In this document: piece by piece, positions 1-8,508 of the stretch
How positions within the stretch are numbered: the stretch's first letter is position 1
Layout of the letters: each line of letters begins with the position of its first letter
Source: a bacterium
Lineage (GTDB): Bacteria; JAHJDO01
Direction of reading: 5' to 3'
Assembly: GCA_043824255.1 (NCBI GenBank)
Contig: JBDRTG010000028.1
Span: 1-17,267, forward strand
DNA: 17,267 nt
Notes under the pieces: generated by a model
What the model saw: the letters and a program-made list of their open reading frames with translations, nothing else
Told to the model about the DNA's origin: nothing
Database searches by the model: none
Made by a program: the position numbers and the translations under genes

Positions 1-1
1 T

Positions 2-694
2 AGTGAGGCTGGCTTTGTGAAGGTCGATACCAACAGAGGTTTTTGGGGTCATTTTGTTTCTCCTTATAAATTAATGGTTAATTGGTTTAAAGGAACCACC
101 CGCAGTGTAACACACCACTTAATGTCCCTACATTCTTTCACCTTAATAGAGTTGCTTGTGGTAATAGCGATCATAGCTCTTTTGGCATCAATGCTATTAC
201 CGGCTCTTAGTAAAGCCAGGGAGGCGGCAAGAAGAGTAGTATGTATAAGTAACTTAAAGCAGATCGGTCTGGCCCTTATGCTATATGGAGAAGACTATGG
301 GAGATTGATACCCAGTGGTGCTCAGTATGGAAACACTTGGCCCTGGTACCTACGTGATTATGGAGCAGGAACAGGTTATAAGATTTTTTACTGTCCTTCC
401 CATCCGAAGGGGAATTTGTCTAACACCTATGGATTCATCGTTGACTATTGTGGCAACTACACTACCGTTGCTAAATTAGACAATATGCTTGATCGTAGCA
501 AGAGGGTAATGGTAATGGATTGGGATATCCCCTTCATTTACTATAATACTTGGAATGTTACAGCAAGCATGGATTACGCTTGTCGCCATTCAGGCGGCAT
601 AAATGCTGTTTATTTGGATGGACATGCCAGGTGGTCAAAATATGATTTAAGCAATGTTAGCTGGAGTGGCGGAGTCATCATAGACGATAATTAA
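2..694 (+). CDS. Prepilin-type N-terminal cleavage/methylation domain protein with C-terminal H-X9-DG motif (DUF1559-like); probably 5'-partial
   Basis: [24 protein letters not shown] pilin helix (Phe codon 137-139), followed by KARE.ARR..C.SNLKQIG, FYCPS and C-terminal [14 protein letters not shown] (H-X9-DG). The frame is open from position 2 (S-E-A-G-F-V-K), so the start may lie upstream of the window. Alternative starts are GTG17, ATG74 and ATG122. Confidence 0.9.
   Translation, partial: SEAGFVKVDTNRGFWGHFVSPYKLMVNWFKGTTRSVTHHLMSLHSFTLIELLVVIAIIALLASMLLPALSKAREAARRVVCISNLKQIGLALMLYGEDYGRLIPSGAQYGNTWPWYLRDYGAGTGYKIFYCPSHPKGNLSNTYGFIVDYCGNYTTVAKLDNMLDRSKRVMVMDWDIPFIYYNTWNVTASMDYACRHSGGINAVYLDGHARWSKYDLSNVSWSGGVIIDDN
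9..165 (+). repeat. 157-nt direct repeat, copy 1 (shared prepilin leader block)
   Basis: Ungapped manual alignment with 14523-14679 gives 7 mismatches in 157 nt. Confidence 0.95.
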
Positions 695-711
695 AAAACA
701 AGGAGGATAAG

Positions 712-3700
712 ATGAAAAAGCTATTTTTGTTTTTAGGGATATTTTTATTGGTCAGTGGAGGTAAAGGAATTTGTGTAGAGCAGTCTGTAAAAGAATCCGC
801 TTTATCCTGGATGCTCATGGATATGGTAGCGGATAATGATGGGAACTTTTATGTGTCCGCTTTTGCTGCTGAAAAATGCATCGTAAAGTTCAATGATAAA
901 TTTCAAATAGATAAAGATTTCGGAGAGAATGGCCTTATCAAGAACAAAAAGGACGAGAAGAAGATAATCCTTTTTGAAAATGCCGGGGTAGGAAGATTGG
1001 CCATAGATAAAGAATATCTTTATGTAGCCGATTTTCACAACGGGCTCTTAAGATTTGATTTATCCGGCAAGAGAATTCCACTTCCTGAAGGTTCTGATAT
1101 AGCTGCAGAGATGCCCCAGGCTGTTACTGCGGACAGCAACCAGAATATTTATACTTCGGGTTGGCAGTATATTAAGAAATTTCTTAAGGATGGCTCCTTA
1201 GATAAAAACTGGGGAGCAGGCGGCAAGATTACTACCGCCGCTGATTCTCACATCAGGGCAGATAAAAAGAATAACCTTTATGCATCTTTCAAGAATACGG
1301 TAACTAAATATACCCCGTACGGCAAAAAAGACCTCTCTTTTGGAGAACAGGGTTCTATCGGAGGAGATGAGGAATTCGAGGCTATTATAAATATCGCTTT
1401 AGATGAAGATGAGAATCTCTATGTGGCCGATTATGCGGGCAAAACGGTAAAATCATTCACCCCTGATGGTCAGTTCATTGCTTCTTATGATGCTAAGAAA
1501 AAACTCCCATGCGCAGTAGCTGTATATAAAGATAGGCTTTATGTAAGCATCTGGAGCTGGCCTTCCCAACTGCTCATATTTAACCGAATTACCAAGGTAT
1601 CCCAAAGAAAGAATCACTTTCTTTATGTAAGTAAAATCGGTAAAGTTCCCAAAATAGATGGAAAGTTAAATGAGACATTCTGGAAAGAGTCTACCTGGTT
1701 ACCTTTATCAGTCAATAGAAAAGGAGTAAATGAGAATGAGAAAACCTATTTCTCCGTTGCCCGTAATAACCGGGACCTTTATCTTGGCTTTGAATGTTTT
1801 CTTTCTAAACTTAACCCTGTTTTAAACCTGCTTTCTGAAGTGCTTCCCGAAGTAAAAAACCGTGATGGACGCATCTGGAATGAGGATGTGGTAGAGGTCT
1901 TTTTATCGCCAGAAGAGGGTATGTATTATCATGTTGCTGTCAATGGTCTGGGAACCGTCTATGATGCTATCTGTAAAGGAGGAAAAGGGGAAAGCAGAGA
2001 CACTGGTTGGAACTGTCCAGGACTTAAAGTTGCTTCCTGTATTGATGAGAAAAAATGGAGCTGTGAAATGAAGATACCCCTTTCTTCCATAGGTCTGGAT
2101 AAAAAGGGGATACCATTTACCATTACTGGGAATTTCTATCGGGAGTTTGCAAAAGAGAAAATAGAGAGTGCTTGGTCTCCTACCGGAGGAAGCTATCATC
2201 ATACAGACAAGTTTGGAGATATTTTAGTCGGAAATAAATCCTATGGGATAAAGGTAGTAGAAAAGAATTTTTCTTCTCGAGGTTTCCAGACCTCAGTTAA
2301 CGAACTATCAGGAAAAAGGTTAAGTCTTGAGGTTGCCTCAATCAGGAATAATATACCTATAAAAAAAGCTCTTCTTGAAATATCTCCTCTTAGTAAAGAA
2401 GATATCCTTCTGCCTTTAGATAAAAAGAAAAGACTGCAAAGAATAGATTATCTTATTGAGAAAGAAAGGATTCTTTCCTTTGCTCCTTCTAAGAAATTAA
2501 AAGCTGGTTTAGAAGCCTCTTTGACCTTACAACTGAAAGGAGCAGATGCTGCCCTTTATTTCAATAAAAAACTATTAGGCAAGAGTAACAATTTTAAAGA
2601 TATTAAAATAGAAATTCTTAAAGGAAATAATACCCTTGCTTTAGCGATGGATAAGAATAAAGATAAGGTTGAATTAAGCGGTTTCCTTAAATATAAAGAA
2701 CATATTCTGCCTCTTGATGTCTGGGTCTATAACAATAATAAATCTAATAATTGGGATTCCCCTGACTCTAATGACTCAAACTGGGAAATTATCACCGGAA
2801 ACAATATAACTTCCTCTTCTGCCAAGTTCTACTTAAGAAGAAATATCATTTATAAACATACCATCTTTGCTCCGCAATGGGATGATGATAATAGTACTGG
2901 ATACTTTGCCCAAGGGACAATGCAGAGAGTAGGGGTAAGATATAACTCTCCCTTTCCATGGAAATGTCAAGATATGGTGTTAAATTTAGTTTTACCAGAA
3001 GAATTAGAGCTTCCTTTATACCAGCCAGAGAAAAGGGCCTGGTCCAGCGCTCCTCATAAATTTCTTGGGGTTACTGAAATCGAAGAGGGTGGAAGGAAGA
3101 AGAAACTATTTAAGATATTATTTACTCAAAAAGTCCCCAAGCAAAAAAAATATAACTTTTACGGGAGTAACCTGCATCTCTATTTCAAGGTCAACAAGGT
3201 CTCTGATGGTAAGGATACCTATAATCACTCTGGAGCCATCTGGCACGAGTGGAGAAAAGGTGCTGACATTGAACTGAAGAATGACTTAAAGATAGTCGTT
3301 TTACCTGAACCACAAGGGAAAATGCCCAAAGATATTATCCTTGAAATTGGGGATGGGATGATAAAATCTTTAGTAACTCAGGAGGAATTTCTGCCCTATG
3401 TAGAAACCTTTAAACTCTGTGGCTTTAATACCATGGACATTGACGACAGTCATGGCTCTACCCATCTGGTTAATGAAAAAGCGTATAAATCAGGTTTCAG
3501 ACTTCATTATATGACTTCTGGCCCTTCAACGACTGGAATAGTGAGAGATTATGTCAGGAAACATCCGCAATCGGCAATAGTAAATAAATATCATAAACCT
3601 CAATCCTGGCAAGCTTTTATGTGCCCTCTCTATTTTATGGAGGAAGGCTCTTTTCTTCTGAAGGACGCTCTGAAGAAATATATTCTGGAAGAAAAAGCGA

Positions 3701-4551
3701 GTATAGTTTGCTATGACCTGGAAGCCGGTCCTTTTAACTCCTGTTTCTGTGAAAGATGCCGAAAGGGTTTTTCTAAATACTTAGGAACAAATGAAATCTA
3801 TACCCAGGATGAAATATTGAGTAAATACAGGAATGAATGGATTAAATATGTCTGTTCTGTGCATCAGAGAATTGCTAAATTTTATAAAAAAACTATTAAA
3901 TCTCTCTCCAAAGATGCGAAATTCAGTATGTATTCTGGTTATGAGAACGATGCTCTTGCTTCCGCCTATGGGGTAGATTGGTCTCTCTATAAAAATATCT
4001 GCGACGTCTTTATGTTTGGTTATGGAAGAAACCCCTCCGTTATCGTTAGAACAAAAAAAGCCATTGGAAATAAACGGATGCTATTGGGAGAACATCTGGA
4101 CACTAATATGTTTGAAAGAGCCTACGTCCGTCAGGATGTTCTCAAATCCATTGTTTTTAGACGGCTTGTAGACGGGGATATGGGTGGATGCATCATCTGG
4201 TTCTGGCCACAACTGGATGGAAGAGGTATGGTCTCTTTCGGGGAAACCTCTCGGGCCATCGCCGCCTTTGAGGATATTTTTCTTTCTGGAGAGGATATAT
4301 CTTTAAAAAAAGCGTGTCAAGGCCTTCCTCAGGAAGATGTTTTTGCTTATAGAAAAGGAGATGATATTCTCTTTGTCCTTTTCAATGATGCCTCTAAATC
4401 CCCTAAGAACTTTACCATTAATCTACCCGGTAATAAAAAATATCAGGTCCTGGACTTCTATAGTCAAAGAAGAACAACAGTTTCTAATTTCTATAGTTCC
4501 TCTGTTCCTGGAAAGGATACGAGTTTGGTTAAATTTAGCCCGGTTAATTAG
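712..4551 (+). CDS. Large secreted multidomain protein: NHL-like beta-propeller, CBM9/DOMON-like sugar-binding domain and putative glycoside hydrolase-like TIM barrel
   Basis: RBS AGGAGG upstream. Signal peptide MKKLFLFLGIFLLV. NHL-like repeats (DNDGNFYVS, LAIDKEYLYVAD, IALDEDENLYVADY). CBM9-like motifs PKIDGKL.E..W, DVVEVFLSP, YYHVAVN, WSCEMKIPLSSI and SAWSP. The C-terminal part has FKLCGFNTM and YDLE...CFCERC...F, resembling GH42/GHL-type barrels. The catalytic family is not established. Confidence 0.8.
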   Translation: MKKLFLFLGIFLLVSGGKGICVEQSVKESALSWMLMDMVADNDGNFYVSAFAAEKCIVKFNDKFQIDKDFGENGLIKNKKDEKKIILFENAGVGRLAIDKEYLYVADFHNGLLRFDLSGKRIPLPEGSDIAAEMPQAVTADSNQNIYTSGWQYIKKFLKDGSLDKNWGAGGKITTAADSHIRADKKNNLYASFKNTVTKYTPYGKKDLSFGEQGSIGGDEEFEAIINIALDEDENLYVADYAGKTVKSFTPDGQFIASYDAKKKLPCAVAVYKDRLYVSIWSWPSQLLIFNRITKVSQRKNHFLYVSKIGKVPKIDGKLNETFWKESTWLPLSVNRKGVNENEKTYFSVARNNRDLYLGFECFLSKLNPVLNLLSEVLPEVKNRDGRIWNEDVVEVFLSPEEGMYYHVAVNGLGTVYDAICKGGKGESRDTGWNCPGLKVASCIDEKKWSCEMKIPLSSIGLDKKGIPFTITGNFYREFAKEKIESAWSPTGGSYHHTDKFGDILVGNKSYGIKVVEKNFSSRGFQTSVNELSGKRLSLEVASIRNNIPIKKALLEISPLSKEDILLPLDKKKRLQRIDYLIEKERILSFAPSKKLKAGLEASLTLQLKGADAALYFNKKLLGKSNNFKDIKIEILKGNNTLALAMDKNKDKVELSGFLKYKEHILPLDVWVYNNNKSNNWDSPDSNDSNWEIITGNNITSSSAKFYLRRNIIYKHTIFAPQWDDDNSTGYFAQGTMQRVGVRYNSPFPWKCQDMVLNLVLPEELELPLYQPEKRAWSSAPHKFLGVTEIEEGGRKKKLFKILFTQKVPKQKKYNFYGSNLHLYFKVNKVSDGKDTYNHSGAIWHEWRKGADIELKNDLKIVVLPEPQGKMPKDIILEIGDGMIKSLVTQEEFLPYVETFKLCGFNTMDIDDSHGSTHLVNEKAYKSGFRLHYMTSGPSTTGIVRDYVRKHPQSAIVNKYHKPQSWQAFMCPLYFMEEGSFLLKDALKKYILEEKASIVCYDLEAGPFNSCFCERCRKGFSKYLGTNEIYTQDEILSKYRNEWIKYVCSVHQRIAKFYKKTIKSLSKDAKFSMYSGYENDALASAYGVDWSLYKNICDVFMFGYGRNPSVIVRTKKAIGNKRMLLGEHLDTNMFERAYVRQDVLKSIVFRRLVDGDMGGCIIWFWPQLDGRGMVSFGETSRAIAAFEDIFLSGEDISLKKACQGLPQEDVFAYRKGDDILFVLFNDASKSPKNFTINLPGNKKYQVLDFYSQRRTTVSNFYSSSVPGKDTSLVKFSPVN

Positions 4552-4658
4552 AATAATCTCAGAAGCGGTATATAGAAGCTATAGAATTAGCGGCAGAAAG
4601 AACGATAGAAAAATGTCTCCAGGCAAAGGAAACTATTTTAAAAACATGGGAGTAAAAA

Positions 4659-5717
4659 ATGTATAAAAAAGGCAAGGCGATAGTTGTAGAACGACCGAGA
4701 AAAGCAGTTGTTAAGGAAATCAAACTGCCGGAGATTGATGATAAAACGGTGGTAATTAAGACTACCTACAGCGCTATCAGCAGTGGCACGGAGATGAAAG
4801 TGTGGGGAGGGTTGTCCGGGCATCTCGATGGCAATCTCTGGTACCCGTTAGTCCCAGGATATGAGGAAGTAGGAGAGGTTGTCCATGTGGGAGAAAATGC
4901 CCCTTTAACAGCCTCGGGAGAAAGATTAAAAGTCGGCGATAGGGTAATGGCTAATGAAGTAAGGCGTTATCCAGAGTACTGTGCTGCCTGGGGAGGACAA
5001 GTTGAGTATGCTGTCAAATCTCCCAAGACTGCCAGCTCTCCCTCTGACCTGTGTGCCAGGATACCGGATAATGTTTCTTATCAGGAAGCAGTAGTAACCT
5101 ATCTTGCTTGTGTGGCTATGAAGGGCATAGAGAAGGTAGGCATAAAAGAGGGCGAGACGGTTCTTGTTATCGGCACGGGGAATATAGGTCTCTCCGCCTT
5201 ACAGCTAATAAAGCTAAAAAACGCAGGCAAAATCATCGCCATGGATAACCAAACGTCGAGATTAGCACTGGCGAAGAAATATACAGAGCATTTGATAGAT
5301 GCCTCCAAAGATCCTCTTGCGCAGTTAAAGGATATGACTGAGGGCAGATTAGCTGATGTTGTTTTTGAATGTTCAGGAAATTCTCAAGTAGTCCAGGAGA
5401 CTTGCCATTATCTTCGGAAAGGCGGTCGGGATAGAGACGACGAAGGAGGTAGAATTCACCTTCAGGGGGATTATCCTTCGCCAATTATCCTCTATCCATA
5501 TTCTCCATGGTTTTGCAAAAATCTCAGTCTTTCGATGACCTGCGCGGTAAGACCCGGCTATAAAGAATGTATCCTCGGTCTTATAAGTGAAGGCAAATTC
5601 GACGCAAAATCTCTTTACACAAAAGAATGTCATCTTGATGACGCACCGAAAGCCTATGAGGAGTTAGAAAAGAACCGTTACGATATTTTGAAAATTTTGT
5701 TTAAATGGGGGGATTAA
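4659..5717 (+). CDS. Medium-chain (zinc-type alcohol) dehydrogenase-like protein, BchC/YcjQ-like subfamily
   Basis: GroES-like N-domain (YSAISSGTE, YPLVPGYE..G.V, LKVGDRV), Rossmann motif VIGTGNIG and DVVFECSG. RBS GGGAG upstream. Confidence 0.88.
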   Translation: MYKKGKAIVVERPRKAVVKEIKLPEIDDKTVVIKTTYSAISSGTEMKVWGGLSGHLDGNLWYPLVPGYEEVGEVVHVGENAPLTASGERLKVGDRVMANEVRRYPEYCAAWGGQVEYAVKSPKTASSPSDLCARIPDNVSYQEAVVTYLACVAMKGIEKVGIKEGETVLVIGTGNIGLSALQLIKLKNAGKIIAMDNQTSRLALAKKYTEHLIDASKDPLAQLKDMTEGRLADVVFECSGNSQVVQETCHYLRKGGRDRDDEGGRIHLQGDYPSPIILYPYSPWFCKNLSLSMTCAVRPGYKECILGLISEGKFDAKSLYTKECHLDDAPKAYEELEKNRYDILKILFKWGD

Positions 5718-5721
5718 AAAG

Positions 5722-6465
5722 ATGGGAAAAAAATTTACCAGTTCGCCGTGGGGATTCAGGTTCTACACATTTGAGAAATACTGTCAATTCATGAAAAAGA
5801 TTGGCATCTCTGATATCTGCGCTATGTTTGGCGATCCATGTAAATTCCCGCTGGCTTTTACGGGAGAAGAAAAAGAAATCACCGACCACAAAAGAATGGG
5901 GGATGAGCTGGGTGTAAATTTCCTTGAGGTTGCCGGGGCAAGAGATTTTGTCAGAGAACTGCCGTTAGCCCATCTTCTGGGTGTAAAATATTTCAGGGTA
6001 TGTCATATCTGGGAAGATACCGAAGAAAAATTCAGATGGGCGGTTAAGACATTAAAAGAAATGGGTCAATTAGCTCAGGATGAGGGCATAACTGTAGTCC
6101 TGGAAAATCATGGCGGACTTTTAGCTAAAGCTTCGAACTGCAGGAAGCTCCTGGAAGAAGTAGGCATGGAAAATGTCAAATTAAACTATGATCCGGCAAA
6201 TTTTCTATATTATGGAGAAGATCCCGTCAAAGCGTTGGATGAAGTTTTGCCGCTTATTGACTTCACCCATTTCAAAAGCGTAAAATATGAAAACGGAAAG
6301 CCAAAACACTGCCGTTTAAATGAAGGCGTGATAGACTATAAAAAAATCTTTGAGAAACTCTTACCGTCATACTCCGGCTATCTGGGATTGGAATATGAAG
6401 AGTCAAAAGATGTTGAACGAGGCACAATGGATGATCTGGAATATTTGGGGGAGATTGTGTCTTAG
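5722..6465 (+). CDS. Sugar phosphate isomerase/epimerase (xylose isomerase-like TIM barrel, AP_endonuc_2)
   Basis: Metal-binding motifs VLENHGG, LNYDPAN, THFKS, G.IDY and LGLEYE. Starts 4 nt after the previous stop. Confidence 0.88.
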   Translation: MGKKFTSSPWGFRFYTFEKYCQFMKKIGISDICAMFGDPCKFPLAFTGEEKEITDHKRMGDELGVNFLEVAGARDFVRELPLAHLLGVKYFRVCHIWEDTEEKFRWAVKTLKEMGQLAQDEGITVVLENHGGLLAKASNCRKLLEEVGMENVKLNYDPANFLYYGEDPVKALDEVLPLIDFTHFKSVKYENGKPKHCRLNEGVIDYKKIFEKLLPSYSGYLGLEYEESKDVERGTMDDLEYLGEIVS

Positions 6466-6620
6466 TGAAAGTGACTGCCTCTATCAGGATGTTTATTGAT
6501 TAGGTTACTATAATCAGGTTAAGTAAAATTCAGGAATATATCAAGCATCAAAACTCATAAGTAGCTTTAGTTGGGTAAGATGTGTGAATCAAGAAGTGAA
6601 ACAATAATTCTTTCAGATTC

Positions 6621-6648
6621 TTGTTATTATTATAAAAATCGGTATAAT
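6621..6648 (+). promoter_or_regulatory. Putative sigma70 promoter upstream of the tRNA fragment
   Basis: TTGTTA (6621-6626), 16-nt spacer, perfect TATAAT (6643-6648), ending about 20 nt before the tRNA-like 5' end at 6668. Confidence 0.5.
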
Positions 6649-6667
6649 AAATCTATCAACTTAACAT

Positions 6668-6712
6668 GCGCCTGTAGCTCAGATGGATAGAGCGTTGGGT
6701 TGCGGAATCTAA
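6668..6712 (+). pseudogene. Truncated tRNA-Arg(GCG): 5' half only
   Basis: GCGCCTG acceptor strand, TA, D-arm GCTC-AGATGGATA-GAGC, G, anticodon stem TTGGG and loop TT-GCG-GA. The 3' stem pairs only with a 1-nt shift (TCTAA). No variable loop, GTTCGA T-loop or 3' acceptor strand follows. Confidence 0.8.
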
Positions 6713-6757
6713 TTAGCCAATTTTTTGCAACTTCTTGAGCAGTAATAAATTACAACA

Positions 6758-6857
6758 TAACTCTTTGAAATTTAAGAAGTTAGCAAGTCTCGATGTTTCC
6801 TTTTGTTTCTCGTAATTTCCTGTTGTTTTTTGACTTTTTTGGTCACTATTTGGTCAC
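6758..6857. mobile_element. Putative tyrosine-integrase attachment arm (att half-site remnant) next to the tRNA fragment
   Basis: Imperfect inverted repeat TAACTCTTTGAAATTTAAGAAGTTA (6758-6782) resembling divergent IHF sites. Four heptamers at exact 10-bp spacing: TGTTTCC, TGTTTCT, AATTTCC and TGTTTTT at 6794, 6804, 6814 and 6824. Direct repeat TTTGGTCAC at 6838 and 6849. No integrase gene in the window. Confidence 0.5.
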
Positions 6858-7405
6858 AAGAATCACCCCTATATCTTCACTGCACAGAGTTCGCTGATAA
6901 AAAGAGGTTATATATACTTTCGGGAATATCCCCCCAGAAAATAGTCCTTAAAATTTATAACTAATTTTAATAGAAAAAATATGCGAATTGTGATTCATTA
7001 GGAGTAGAAGGCAATCACGGTGGTGCTGGAGTTTAGTGAGAACTCGATTTTTTAATGTTAACAATTACACATAAGGCACCCTATATACGGATATAGATTT
7101 TCCAGAATAGAATACAAAAGTAGCTTAAAATAGAGGAAATAAGAAGAATTTGAGATGAATCGAAAAAACCTATAAAAAAATACTTGTTAAAGTTTGACAA
7201 ATTACTGCAAAAGTTCAGAAACATAATGGAAAACAGTAGTAGTAAAGGAAGGGGGCGTCCAGAGGGAAAAAATGTGGATAAATGTGAATATGGGGGTAAA
7301 AATGAATGGAACAGTTTTTAAGGATCTGGTAGAATATAAGTATCCAAATCAAGGAGAGGGGATATAAATGAAACATTCATGCCGACAAGTCGACACAAAA
7401 GAATA

Positions 7406-7500
7406 TGAAAATGTCATTGCGAGGAGCGTAGGCGACGTGGCAATCTTAAAAGGCGAGATTGCTTCACCTTCGGTTCGCAATGACAGAGAGGACATTTTCA
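7406..7500. repeat. Palindromic miniature repeat (REP/RPE/MITE-like, GTCATTGCGAG...TCGCAATGAC type)
   Basis: Perfect 11-bp IR TGTCATTGCGA (7412-7422) / TCGCAATGACA (7475-7485). Inner hairpin GCAATCT...AGATTGC. Outer 10-bp IR TGAAAATGTC (7406-7415) / GACATTTTCA (7491-7500). GC-richer than its surroundings. Confidence 0.8.
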
Positions 7501-7620
7501 AGTGAAATCGGTATAGTTGGTGAAAGGAAATTAGGTAAAAAGTTCGCTCTTTCATTTAATAACAGAAAAGTCTTCACTGCTAGTTCCATGGAATATATCA
7601 AGAAGGTCATAAGATGATAT

Positions 7621-8508
7621 ATGATGAGTAAGTCTATAGAAGAGGTTATCGATTTAGAGATAATTCCTCGATTAGAAAAGGGTTCTTTGAGGGTTCTTTC
7701 TCATAATCTTGAATCTAAGATAGAGCCTTCACTTAAACGTCCAAAAAGTCACTATCCAGAATCTTTTCATTCTTGTATTGAATTCTGCTTTGTCTTAGAG
7801 GGGGAATGCGTTATTTGGATTGAGCGAATTCCGATAGTGGGTAAGAAGGGGTCATTGTATATAATCCTTCCAGGAGAAAAACACTTTGAAAGTTATATCT
7901 CTCCTCATCAAGATTATAAAGATATGTGGATAATACCGAAAGGGAATGACGTCAGGATGCACATATTTGGCTACTCGTTTAAAAATAAATATACTGTTTT
8001 TGGAGGGCTGGATGTAAAGCAAAATCGCGAAGCCAACAAAATAGTAACAAGACTTATAGGTGAAATAGAAGCAAAACATAAGCATCGTAACGTTATGATC
8101 CATGCATATTTAGCAGAGTTTTTTACGAGCATTTTTAGAGATATGACAAGTAAGAGTTATAGCGTAAAGAAACAGAGGTACAGTTCATGGAAGAGAAAAG
8201 TTGTAGATGAAGCAATTAGTTTTATGCAGGGGAAACTGGATAATCCATTAACACTTATAGAGATAGCTCAACATGTGTATCTAAGCCCGAATTACTTTAG
8301 CTCGTTATTTCATACTAAAACAAAACGAACTGTTTTCGAATGCCTATCAAATCTGAGAATAGAGAAAGCAAGAGCTCTACTGAGAGATACGAACATGAAG
8401 ATTGGGAAAATAGCTGAAAAAGTTGGCTATCAAAGCCCATACTATTTCAGCTATGCATTCAAGAAATCCGAAGGTATATCTCCGTTCTCTTATAGAAAAA
8501 GTCATTAA
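7621..8508 (+). CDS. AraC family transcriptional regulator with N-terminal cupin sensor
   Basis: Cupin motif FHSCIEFCFVLEG...IILPGEKH. C-terminal double HTH LTLIEIAQHVYLSPNYFSSLF...RIEKARALL...IAEKVGYQSPYYFSYAFKKSEGISPFSYRK. Confidence 0.95.
   Translation: MMSKSIEEVIDLEIIPRLEKGSLRVLSHNLESKIEPSLKRPKSHYPESFHSCIEFCFVLEGECVIWIERIPIVGKKGSLYIILPGEKHFESYISPHQDYKDMWIIPKGNDVRMHIFGYSFKNKYTVFGGLDVKQNREANKIVTRLIGEIEAKHKHRNVMIHAYLAEFFTSIFRDMTSKSYSVKKQRYSSWKRKVVDEAISFMQGKLDNPLTLIEIAQHVYLSPNYFSSLFHTKTKRTVFECLSNLRIEKARALLRDTNMKIGKIAEKVGYQSPYYFSYAFKKSEGISPFSYRKSH

Noticed and set aside
4659..5717. bchC (bacteriochlorophyll synthesis) assignment
   Set aside because: Subfamily resemblance only. There are no photosynthesis genes and the context is sugar metabolism.
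6668..6745. Intact tRNA-Arg or intron-split tRNA
   Set aside because: No T-arm or 3' acceptor strand nearby or elsewhere in the window, and the following sequence is AT-rich with no recognisable group I intron core.
7194..7227. TTGACA followed by CATAAT as a promoter
   Set aside because: The 22-nt spacing is incompatible with sigma70.
7271..7291. DnaA-box match TGTGGATAA (7273-7281) plus a near copy, suggesting an origin
   Set aside because: Only one perfect box, no box cluster and no dnaA/dnaN or rep gene nearby, so compatible with chance.
7349..7555. 68-aa minus-strand ORF
   Set aside because: Largely the antisense reading of the palindromic repeat, with no protein evidence.
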